A DNA stretch of 13,093 bases from Candidatus Micrarchaeota archaeon (lineage in GTDB: Archaea; Micrarchaeota; Micrarchaeia; Norongarragalinales; SBBD01). The stretch covers positions 1 through 13,093 of the forward strand of contig JBBSVW010000070.1 in assembly GCA_038046605.1 (NCBI GenBank), given 5' to 3'. Numbering within the stretch: the first letter of the stretch is position 1; every line of letters begins with the position of its first letter. Below, piece by piece: positions 1 to 7,844 of this stretch. The position numbers and the translations under genes are program-made. Below the pieces are notes generated by a model that was not told the DNA's origin, ran no database searches, and saw only the letters and a program-made list of their open reading frames with translations.

Positions 1-360
1 CGGGTACATATTTAACGCCTTTAATAGTTTTATTTCATTTATGAAATAGTATATACATAATTATATATAAGCTTTATGTAAACTATTTTGTAGTGGTTTA
101 GCAGCGATTGGCGGGCCTAAAACACAATATTCGCAACTCTTAGCTGCACCGGCCGGCGCAGCTGCCCTTGCAAATCAACCATGATGCGCACAAAGCCGGG
201 CTTGCCAATCGTAAGGGTGGTGTTTTGCTATCTTGCCTGCTTGACTATCTCCAATAACGTGGTTTTTGCCATGCGGATCCCCTGAAAAGGCTGCCATGGC
301 TTAATTTTCTCTTAATGAAAACATTAACATTCTAAACTGTGCACTTTTTTAAAAAATCAA

Positions 361-1050
361 TCATACCACTTTCGTTTGCACATTCCCGGCGGTCATTTTA
401 TTCAGCCTATCATAGAACTCGCCCTGGAGGCCAGCTGGGATTTCTATCATTGCAATCAGGGAGCCATCGCCGCCGTATTCCTCCTTTTTTATCCCGTATT
501 CCTTGAGGAGGCCGTAGCATCTGGCAGCATGCTCAGGGGGGATTTTCACGGCAATTTTCATTTTCTCAAGGGAAATGGGGATGATCTCGCGGATGGCATC
601 TATTGCCCCTTCCATCTGCTCTTCTGCGGATTTGAATGCATCGAAGTGGAACCTTGCCTGCTCAAGCGCATTTTGGATCCGGATTGGCGGATGGGGCGTT
701 TTTGCGCGGGGATCAACGGCATTCTTCGCTATAAGCTCGATTATTTTCGCCTTCTTTTCTTCCATGAGCTTGCGCTTGTGGTCGGTTGTCAGCTGCAGAT
801 CGCCATCCTTAATAATTTTCAGGGCAACGGCAATCGGGTCGGTTGTGCCAAATGCCTTCTTTATCGCGGAATCCGTATGGCGCACGCCATTGTTGGCATC
901 CTTGAAGACTTCTTCCACCAAGAGCACATTGGAAAAATCAGTGCGGGCGCCAATCTTGAAATCATAGCCCTTCTTTGGGTCCACCAGTATTTCAAATTTC
1001 TCCCCCGCCTTTTCGTAGCGGCAAATCAGCGTGCCTTCCATTTGGGACAT
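361..1050 (-). CDS. sdo1: Ribosome maturation factor SBDS/Sdo1 homolog
   Basis: Typical archaeal SBDS motifs: GEKFEILVDP, VFKDA..G, FGTTDP, LQLTTDHKRKLMEEKK, AVDPRAKTPHPPIRIQNALEQA, EIPAGLQGEFYDRLNKMTAG. Start placed at ATG 1050 rather than TTG 1059; ATG 1041 is also possible. Confidence 0.95.
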   Translation of the reverse strand: MSQMEGTLICRYEKAGEKFEILVDPKKGYDFKIGARTDFSNVLLVEEVFKDANNGVRHTDSAIKKAFGTTDPIAVALKIIKDGDLQLTTDHKRKLMEEKKAKIIELIAKNAVDPRAKTPHPPIRIQNALEQARFHFDAFKSAEEQMEGAIDAIREIIPISLEKMKIAVKIPPEHAARCYGLLKEYGIKKEEYGGDGSLIAMIEIPAGLQGEFYDRLNKMTAGNVQTKVV

Positions 1051-1102
1051 AAAAATCAACAGGGTACTTCAACAATCCAACATTAATACGCATTTCGCTT
1101 CC

Positions 1103-2077
1103 TCAATCTTCGGGGAAATAGAGGTATTTTCTCACTTCGGAATATACCATGTAATCGTATGACCGGATTATTTTGGAAAATTGGCGTTTTATTTTGCCCA
1201 TAAGCTGCTTGAACTGCTGCGGGTCGCGGACGTGGAATTCCGCCTCAAGATCGCCCCCGCCGACGGTTTCGTCGATATAAACCAGGTTTGGCATGCCCTC
1301 GAGATATTCCAGGAGTTTTGCCCTCTTGACCATGTCCTCAAGCTGGAAATCGACTTTGAACAGGGAGTACCCTAATTTTTCCGCGGCTATGATGGGCCTG
1401 AAGTTTTGTATTACGCCGTTTGAAAGAAGATTCTTGAGCCGGTATTTGACCATGGCTGGCGTGAGCCCGGTCCTGCTGGCAATTTCGATAACAGGCATCC
1501 TGCCGTTCCGGGCAAGGATCCTAAGTATTTGGCGGTCCCGCCCGTCTATCCCGACTTGCGGGCCTTCCCCCACCACCTCGGCGCTCCTGCTCCGTCTGGG
1601 CTCATCGCTTAAAATGTAATCGAGGCGGTAATGCCTGAGCTTGGCATAAACCGAGAATTCGCTTCTTTGCACGTATTTCCGGAACTCGAGGAGGAATTTA
1701 AGCCACAGCGTCCGGAATTCGTAGATGCTCTTGACCCAAACCAAAAAGCCGATGTCCCAGCTGCCTTCCAACTGCCCCAGCCACCACACCTGCCGCTCGT
1801 GCTGGAGAAAATCCGCGATGCGCGTTTCAATCGCGGGATTCGTGTGCTGGAATTTCACATATACGCGGAAACTGGAATAGCCTAAACGGGAGGAATCAAT
1901 CACGGCATAATAGCCCCGTATTATCCCGCCATCCTGCATTTTCGCAACCCTTAGTGCGACTGACGCTTTGCTAAGATGCACTTTTTTTCCTATTCTTGAA
2001 AAGGGGATCCTGCCATTCCCATCGAGTAAAACCAGTATTTCCCGGTCCTTTTTGTCCAGCTTTCCCATTTTGTCCAT
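1103..2077 (-). CDS. Lrp/AsnC-family transcriptional regulator with two tandem HTH+RAM units
   Basis: Two copies of the Lrp HTH (LDKKDREILVLLDGNGRIPFSRIGKKVHLSKASVALRV..GIIRGY and IDGRDRQILRILARNGRMPVIEIASRTGLTPAMVKYRLKNL..GVIQNF). Each is followed by a RAM-like domain (GSWDI; GGGDLEAEFHV). Confidence 0.9.
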   Translation of the reverse strand: MDKMGKLDKKDREILVLLDGNGRIPFSRIGKKVHLSKASVALRVAKMQDGGIIRGYYAVIDSSRLGYSSFRVYVKFQHTNPAIETRIADFLQHERQVWWLGQLEGSWDIGFLVWVKSIYEFRTLWLKFLLEFRKYVQRSEFSVYAKLRHYRLDYILSDEPRRSRSAEVVGEGPQVGIDGRDRQILRILARNGRMPVIEIASRTGLTPAMVKYRLKNLLSNGVIQNFRPIIAAEKLGYSLFKVDFQLEDMVKRAKLLEYLEGMPNLVYIDETVGGGDLEAEFHVRDPQQFKQLMGKIKRQFSKIIRSYDYMVYSEVRKYLYFPED

Positions 2078-2128
2078 ATTTTACAATATGAGAATTTAAT
2101 ATAATAAATTATCTATTCGTCCGGTTTT

Positions 2129-2162
2129 TTAGGAAATTAGTTAATCAATCTGATTTTCCTAA
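2129..2162. promoter_or_regulatory. Inverted repeat TTAGGAAA-N18-TTTCCTAA in the divergent Lrp/methyltransferase intergenic region, a putative operator
   Basis: Perfect 8-bp arms at 2129-2136 and 2155-2162, extendable imperfectly. It lies in an AT-rich ~100 bp spacer between divergent starts. Confidence 0.45.
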
Positions 2163-2178
2163 TTACTCCGTGGTGCAC

Positions 2179-2940
2179 ATGAAATCGGCTTATCCGGAGA
2201 ACTTCAACTCCGAGCAGCTGGTAAAATTATGGGCGGATTTCATCGATTGGGGAAAGCGGCGGGCTGGCGAGGGGGGTTTTTTAATAAGGACGCTCAAAAA
2301 GCACGGCTGCACGAAAGTGCTTGACGGCGCCTTGGGGGATGGATGCGATTCCATTTATTTGCTTAAGGAGGGCTTTGATGTCACCAGCAACGAATTCGAT
2401 GAGGAGTTCATCCGCAAGGCCCTCTTGAACAGCAAAATGCAAAAAGTGCGGCTTGAATTGACAAGGCTTGATTGGAGGGAAATGGGGGAAAACCTTCCGC
2501 GGGCTTCTTTTGACGCGGTTCTTGTCCTTGGAAATTCCCTGACCTACCTCTTCAGCAAAAAGGACCAGCTAAGGGCGCTGGCTAATTTCCGCGCCATTTT
2601 GAAAAAAGGGGGCATATTGATAATCGATGAGCGCAACTACGATTACATCCTAAGGAATCGGGAGGAAATTTTGAAGGGCGATTTCAAATATTCCGGAAGG
2701 GCGGTTTATTGCGGGAAAAAAGTGCATGCCAGGCCAATCCTGATAAGCGACAACAAGGTCAAGATGCGCTACGAACATGAAAACGGCAGCGTGGGGCATT
2801 TGACAATGTATCCTTTCAAAAAAGGGGAGCTAAGGGGCCTGCTTAAGGAGGGCGGCTTTAGGGTTTTGGAGGAATATTTGGATTATGGGAGGGGAATTCG
2901 GGGAAACGCGGATTTCTATACTTATGTTGCAAGGACATGA
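2179..2940 (+). CDS. SAM-dependent methyltransferase, glycine/sarcosine N-methyltransferase (GSMT/GNMT) family
   Basis: GSMT-like motifs along the whole length: WADFIDWGKRRAGEGGF, VLDGALGDGCDS, DWRE, FDAVLVLGNSLTYLF, GILIIDERNYDYIL, YCG, HLTMYP, ADFYTYVA. A GGTG RBS before ATG 2179 favours it over GTG 2170. Confidence 0.85.
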   Translation: MKSAYPENFNSEQLVKLWADFIDWGKRRAGEGGFLIRTLKKHGCTKVLDGALGDGCDSIYLLKEGFDVTSNEFDEEFIRKALLNSKMQKVRLELTRLDWREMGENLPRASFDAVLVLGNSLTYLFSKKDQLRALANFRAILKKGGILIIDERNYDYILRNREEILKGDFKYSGRAVYCGKKVHARPILISDNKVKMRYEHENGSVGHLTMYPFKKGELRGLLKEGGFRVLEEYLDYGRGIRGNADFYTYVART

Positions 2941-3013
2941 CTATTTTTGGGAAATAATCAGCGGCTGCTTCAAGGATTTTGGAAGTCAAGATTCGATTTT
3001 GCAGAAAATTCAA

Positions 3014-3502
3014 TTATGTTTGCGAAATTATGCGGGGCGCTTTCAGGAAATCCCTAAGCGGCGCCTTGAAGCGCTCGCCGGAATGGTTTTGCCACCCAAT
3101 TGAAAAGCGGGCCTGCACATCCTGGGAAAGCGCCTCATCCGATAATAGCTGCAAAAAGGCGCGGGAAAACCAAGCAACCTCCTCCCTTGCGCACTGCGCT
3201 TCAAGCCGGATCACGATGGTTTTATCGGGCGAGTATTGATCGGGAGGGAAAACTGAAGCGTAAATTTCATCAACTGTTTTTGGGAAGGAATAAGAGGGGT
3301 TTAGCGCATCGGAAACAACGCCAAATTCCCTAAGCCAGAGCATGCGGGTTTCATCCTCTAGGGAGGGAAACTTGGCATCGCAAATTGAAAGGATTACTTT
3401 TTGGTGCTCGCGATCGATTAGGCAAATGCAATTTGAGGGGGATGAGGATGGGTCCAATAGCGGATCTCCCAGTTTCCTGACGAGAATCGAAAATTCCGTC
3501 AT
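3014..3502 (-). CDS. Hypothetical protein (162 aa)
   Basis: ATG preceded by a GGTGA RBS (complement of tcacc near 3510). It fills the gap between the methyltransferase and psmA and has protein-like composition. No family recognised. Confidence 0.6.
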   Translation of the reverse strand: MTEFSILVRKLGDPLLDPSSSPSNCICLIDREHQKVILSICDAKFPSLEDETRMLWLREFGVVSDALNPSYSFPKTVDEIYASVFPPDQYSPDKTIVIRLEAQCAREEVAWFSRAFLQLLSDEALSQDVQARFSIGWQNHSGERFKAPLRDFLKAPRIISQT

Positions 3503-3634
3503 AATGCATCACCAGTGAGAAAAAGTTGGAATGGAAACAAAAAATCGGTAAGGAAATTGGTTGGTTCACAAAATTCAAATACATTCCCACCAATTGCCCA
3601 CAATTGCAAATAAAAAAAGTCGCAGTGCGCCTAG

Positions 3635-4351
3635 TTACTTAAGGTCGGCGATTAGCTTTGTGATCTCATCCTTCTTGAGGAAAATGACCTTCTTGTGCTC
3701 CTTTGAGATGATTGCAACGTCCACATTCGAGGGGGTGAGCTTTTCTTCGACTGCCTTCTTGAGGGCTTTTAGGGCAAGCTTAATGCCATCGTGCTGGGAA
3801 AGGTTGTCGGAATATTCCTTTTCGAAGAATTCCTCAGCGGTTTTCTTGCCAGAGCCAATGCCTGTAGCCCGGTATTCGAACAATGCTCCCGAGGGGTCGG
3901 TTTCAAACAATTTGAAGGTGCCATCCATGCCCGCAATCAGCAGCGAAACGCCGTAAGGCCGGACGCCGGCAAACTGCGTGAACGTCTGTATCTGGTCGCC
4001 GATCTTTTTTGCAAGCGTTTCAATTGGGATTTCGGTGCCATACACAATGCGGTGGCGCTGCGCTTCCATTCTTGCAAAATCAACCAGCTTGCGCGCATCC
4101 GCAATGAGGCCGGAGCTTGCCGCAACGATGTGCCTGTCAATTTGGAAGATTTTCTCGTGGGATTCTGGAACTATTAGGGATGAACTTATGCGCTTGTGGG
4201 CAACTAGGATTACCGCATCCTTTGCGACAAGCCCAATGCAAGGGGTTCCGGTCCTGACTGCTTCCCTTGCGTATTCCACCTGGAAGAGCCTTCCGTCGGG
4301 GGAAAAAACGGTAATTGCGCGGTCATATGCCGCCTGTTGAGGGGGGTACAT
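3635..4351 (-). CDS. psmA: 20S proteasome alpha subunit
   Basis: Signature YDRAITVFSPDGRLFQVEYAREAV, SGLIADAR, GVRPYGVSLLIAG, LFETDPSG. GGTGA RBS upstream. Confidence 0.98.
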   Translation of the reverse strand: MYPPQQAAYDRAITVFSPDGRLFQVEYAREAVRTGTPCIGLVAKDAVILVAHKRISSSLIVPESHEKIFQIDRHIVAASSGLIADARKLVDFARMEAQRHRIVYGTEIPIETLAKKIGDQIQTFTQFAGVRPYGVSLLIAGMDGTFKLFETDPSGALFEYRATGIGSGKKTAEEFFEKEYSDNLSQHDGIKLALKALKKAVEEKLTPSNVDVAIISKEHKKVIFLKKDEITKLIADLK

Positions 4352-4412
4352 ATTATCACCAAACCAAAGTGTAGGCTAATAAGCATTAGCAAGCCAAATC
4401 TACGATGAGCAG

Positions 4413-4420
4413 TTATAAAT
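4413..4420. promoter_or_regulatory. TATA box in the divergent psmA / ORF4471 spacer, possibly bidirectional
   Basis: TTATAAAT on + and ATTTATAA on -, roughly central between starts 4351(-) and 4471(+). Confidence 0.5.
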
Positions 4421-4470
4421 AGGTTTGGTTTTTGTTGAGGTAAAAATTGCTTATGGGCTAGGCGGAAAAA

Positions 4471-5121
4471 ATGAGCAATATTAGATTATTCAACATTCGA
4501 TATCGGAAGCACCCGGAATTCAGCTCACTTATCACCCTTGGAAAAGGTAGGGTCATTAAGGAAGGCAGCCGACTTGACATGGAGCGCGCACTTACAATGA
4601 AATATGCAGCAAAAATTGCGCAAACTGCTTTGGATGGGCATGAAATTGGTGTTTTGCAATATGAGATAGTAAGGGCTGAGCCGGAACACGACAGGAGCGG
4701 CGGATCTGGAAATGGGCATGCCATATTTTCTGCATATATTGGTAGGATAATGCGGAAAGTTATGGGCGGTAAACAAAAAACAAGGAGGGTGAAAGGAAAA
4801 GTCGTTTTATTAAGCAAAAGGATGGGTTATTTTCCAAAAATTAGCGGGGAAGCCGACAGGATTATATCCGAAAAAGTATTGGAAATATTATATCATGCCG
4901 GTTTGCGAGGAATTGATGTAGGAGGCTCGAATTTACGGCGAACGCTTGATGGAAAACCATATTTAGGGGAGGTTTTGCACGATGTAAGGGGAAAAACAAC
5001 TTCTGAAATCAAAGATTCTGCCTTCGATAGGGAGATTGTTAAAAAGATCAGGCGGCTGACAATGGAATATCATGAGAATATTGATGCGTTAAATAAAAAT
5101 GAAAAGGTTGAAGGCAAATGA
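4471..5121 (+). CDS. Hypothetical protein, possible divergent protein-kinase-like fold
   Basis: 216-aa ORF whose stop overlaps the ABCE1 start (ATGA 5118-5121). The segment LYHAGLRGIDVGGSNLRRTLDGKPYLGEV resembles kinase subdomains VIb-VII. The CDS is likely, but the fold call is tentative. Confidence 0.65.
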   Translation: MSNIRLFNIRYRKHPEFSSLITLGKGRVIKEGSRLDMERALTMKYAAKIAQTALDGHEIGVLQYEIVRAEPEHDRSGGSGNGHAIFSAYIGRIMRKVMGGKQKTRRVKGKVVLLSKRMGYFPKISGEADRIISEKVLEILYHAGLRGIDVGGSNLRRTLDGKPYLGEVLHDVRGKTTSEIKDSAFDREIVKKIRRLTMEYHENIDALNKNEKVEGK

Positions 5122-6893
5122 CTCGAATCGCAATCGTTGACCGGAATTTATGCAACCCGTTAAAATGCAATTTGGAGTGCATGAGGGGATGCCCATCAAA
5201 CCGGCTTAGGAAAGAGTGCACGTTTTTAGTGGATAAAAAAACCGGCGAAAAGCACATCGATTTCAAATACGAGTACAGCAAGGAGATCAGGAGCAACAGC
5301 GTGGCGTTCATCGAGCCTGCGCTTTCGCAAGGATGCAACATATGCGCTAAAGCATGTCCGTTTCATGCGATCAATGTCGTGAACCTGCCGCAGGCTAAAG
5401 AGGAGGAGATGGTGTTTTCGTATGGGAAGAATGGATTTTCGCTCTACAAGATGGCCATCCCAAGAACGGGGATTGTTGCAATTGTTGGGGAGAATGGCTG
5501 CGGGAAGAGCACGAATTTGAAATTGATTGCAAAAAAGCTTGCGCCATTGAAAACGCCAACAAAGGAGATCAAGGAATATTTTGAAAAAACCAAGGAGGGG
5601 GATTTGGTATACAAGCCGCAGGAGATTTCGGGAGAGGGGGAAAGGAGGAAAGTTAGTGAACTACTTGAAAAAACGGCAAATGTGGGGGCAGGAATAGGTG
5701 GAAACAGCAAGAAAAGTGTGGGGGCAGGGGGCAAACAAAATGGCACCGGAACTAGGCTTGCAGAAATGACCAAGCTTTTCGATCTTGGCAAGATTTACGA
5801 TAGGGAATTGCAGCAATTAAGCGGCGGGGAGCTGCAAAAGGTCATCATCACGGCCGCGCTTTTGCATGAGAAGGATATATACTTTTTGGATGAGCCATTC
5901 TCGTTCCTTGATTACGTATACCGGGTAAGGCTGATAAATTACCTTTTGGAGAATTTCCAGCAAAAGAAGGTTGTGATCGTGGACCACGATATTTCCCTTC
6001 TTTCATATTTGTGCAAGCAGAGCTATTTGATGTTTGGGGAAGCATCAGCTTACGGCATTGTTTCGCAAATTTATGCGACAGATAGGGCAATCAATATGTT
6101 CATGGAAGGGTTCATTGCACCGGAGAACATGAAATTCAGGGAGGAATCCATTGCCTACAAGCATTATGTGGAAGAGACGCACAAGAACAAATTATTGGAG
6201 CTTGGTGTGGCAAAAATCAGGAGGGGCGAATTTACTCTCGAGAACGCCTCGCCAATAAAAATTAACGAGGGGGAAATTGTGGGTATCGCTGGCAAGAACG
6301 GCATTGGGAAGAGCACTTTTTGCAGGGATGTGTTTGAGAAGAACGGGGGGGGAACAGCCTTCAAGGAGCAGGTGCTAAGGCGCGAGGGCGGTATTGCCGG
6401 GAAATACCTCCAGAGGAACGATTTGTTCTCGGAAAACTACATCCGGACCATGAAGATGAAAAAATTGGAGTTCTATGAGATTTCCAAATTGAGCGGGGGG
6501 GAATTGCAAAAGCTTGAGATATACAAAACGCTAAACCAGGAGAAAAAAGTTTACATTTTGGATGAGCCAACAAACATGCTTGATGTGAGCGCGAGGATTT
6601 CGCTTTCGAAAATGCTGCGGGAAAGGGTGGCTGCGGATAGGGCGGTAATTGTTGTCGACCATGATTTGGAGTTTTTGTACAATACGGTTGACCGCCTGAT
6701 TGTAATGGATGGAAAAAGCGGGGAAAACGGCTTTGTAAAGGGGATTTTTAGCAAGGAGGAGGGCGTTAGGATGCTTATGGAGGAATTTGATTTGAGCTAT
6801 AGGAAGGATCCGGAAACAAAGCGGCTCAAGCTGAACAAGCAGGGGAGCAAGAAGGATGTGAAATTGAAGGGGGAGGGAAGGTTTGTCGAGTGA
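5118..6893 (+). CDS. rli: Ribosome recycling ATPase ABCE1/RLI, divergent
   Basis: N-terminal Fe-S domain (RIAIVD..CNPLKCNLECMRGCP...GCNICAKACPFHAINVVNLP) and YGKNGFSLY. Two NBDs (GENGCGKST/LSGGELQ/LDEP; GKNGIGKST/LSGGELQ/LDEP/VVDHD). Hinge IN.FMEGF...ENMKFR and C-terminal YRKDPETKRLKLNKQGS. Confidence 0.93.
   Translation: MTRIAIVDRNLCNPLKCNLECMRGCPSNRLRKECTFLVDKKTGEKHIDFKYEYSKEIRSNSVAFIEPALSQGCNICAKACPFHAINVVNLPQAKEEEMVFSYGKNGFSLYKMAIPRTGIVAIVGENGCGKSTNLKLIAKKLAPLKTPTKEIKEYFEKTKEGDLVYKPQEISGEGERRKVSELLEKTANVGAGIGGNSKKSVGAGGKQNGTGTRLAEMTKLFDLGKIYDRELQQLSGGELQKVIITAALLHEKDIYFLDEPFSFLDYVYRVRLINYLLENFQQKKVVIVDHDISLLSYLCKQSYLMFGEASAYGIVSQIYATDRAINMFMEGFIAPENMKFREESIAYKHYVEETHKNKLLELGVAKIRRGEFTLENASPIKINEGEIVGIAGKNGIGKSTFCRDVFEKNGGGTAFKEQVLRREGGIAGKYLQRNDLFSENYIRTMKMKKLEFYEISKLSGGELQKLEIYKTLNQEKKVYILDEPTNMLDVSARISLSKMLRERVAADRAVIVVDHDLEFLYNTVDRLIVMDGKSGENGFVKGIFSKEEGVRMLMEEFDLSYRKDPETKRLKLNKQGSKKDVKLKGEGRFVE
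5681..5728 (+). repeat. 12-bp direct repeat TGTGGGGGCAGG (x2, 36-nt period) encoding a Gly-rich insertion in ABCE1 NBD1
   Basis: Copies at 5681-5692 and 5717-5728, giving the protein segment NVGAGIGGNSKKSVGAGGKQ. Confidence 0.7.
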
Positions 6894-6898
6894 GGCAT

Positions 6899-7735
6899 AT
6901 GAAAGAAAGTGAAGGTTCGGTCCAGGAAATAACATGGAAAAGGTTGGACCGCATAGGCGATCACCTAATTGCTAACCCGGGCGCGCTATTGGAATTGAAG
7001 GAATGGAATCCGCGGATGCATAAGGTTATCGAAGCGTTTTGGAGGGATCCGAGAGGAAAACAACTGCATCGAGAATTGGAAACAAACCGCCACACAGCCA
7101 GGAAAAGGCTGCTTAGGGCGATGGAAGCATTGGGGATAGATAGAAAACCAGGAAAGGCATATTCCGATTTGACGGCATTGACACCGGGGCAGATGCGAAA
7201 ACTAGAGAGGGAAAACATCGGCGCACATGAGATTGTAGTGCTTTTACGTGAGGGGCACTGGATTGGACACATCGCTTATAAAAAACAAATCACGGCAAAT
7301 AGGGTAGCATTGCTCATTCATAGGGCCCGCAAAATTTTGGGGATTGGTAAAGTGCCAGTTGGATATGGCGCCATAACCCTTGCCACAATTGCAAGAACCC
7401 CAAAACAATTGCTGGATGGCAAAGCATTTGCCCTAACAAGCAACCCAAGGGCAGGAGAATATCATCGAATGCCAAGGGTGCCCCTTCATGCAAGCCCAAG
7501 AACGAGGTATATCCTAAAAGGCTACGAAAGCATAACGCCGGGCTTCCTCGATGAAGTAAGGCATTGGCATAGGGGGGCATTCCGGGCCCTTAACCTATAC
7601 GCACTAGAGGGGAGACCTAAAACCGCAGGTTGGGTCGCAAGGAAAATGGGAATTGAAAAAACTAAGGACGCGGAACATTTGATCAGGCTTGGCTTTGCGC
7701 TCGCGGCAATTGCCCATCATAAAAGGCTGCCTTAA
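6899..7735 (+). CDS. Basic hypothetical protein with three sigma70 region 4/LuxR-like HTH segments
   Basis: Directly follows ABCE1 (ATG 6899 with GAGG RBS, or GTG 6890 overlapping the stop). HTH-like segments: PRMHKVIEAFW..LHRELETNRHTARKRLLRAMEALG; HEIVVLLREGHWIGHIAYKKQITANRVALLIHRARKILG; FRALNLYALEGRPKTAGWVARKMGI. Confidence 0.65.
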   Translation: MKESEGSVQEITWKRLDRIGDHLIANPGALLELKEWNPRMHKVIEAFWRDPRGKQLHRELETNRHTARKRLLRAMEALGIDRKPGKAYSDLTALTPGQMRKLERENIGAHEIVVLLREGHWIGHIAYKKQITANRVALLIHRARKILGIGKVPVGYGAITLATIARTPKQLLDGKAFALTSNPRAGEYHRMPRVPLHASPRTRYILKGYESITPGFLDEVRHWHRGAFRALNLYALEGRPKTAGWVARKMGIEKTKDAEHLIRLGFALAAIAHHKRLP

Positions 7736-7757
7736 ACCGACACACTTAACAGAAGAC

Positions 7758-7785
7758 AAAAATCAACCCCGAGTTGATTTTTTTT
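7758..7785 (+). terminator. Hairpin plus oligo-T terminator after the ABCE1 gene cluster
   Basis: AAAAATCAAC-cccga-GTTGATTTTT is a perfect 10-bp stem ending in a T8 run, about 20 nt after the stop at 7735. Confidence 0.6.
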
Positions 7786-7844
7786 CTACCAAACGAATAT
7801 ATCCAAGGAGCGGAAGCTATGTATCCGGAGGCGGGGGGAACAGA

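Noticed and set aside
1-9. Start of a minus-strand CDS (ATG TAC CCG)
   Set aside because: Only three codons are visible, which cannot support a feature call.
376-1885. Long antisense ORFs over SBDS and Lrp (e.g. 376..1086 +), and similar shadows over psmA, ABCE1 and DUF350
   Set aside because: They are opposite-strand shadows of well-supported genes with no recognisable motifs.
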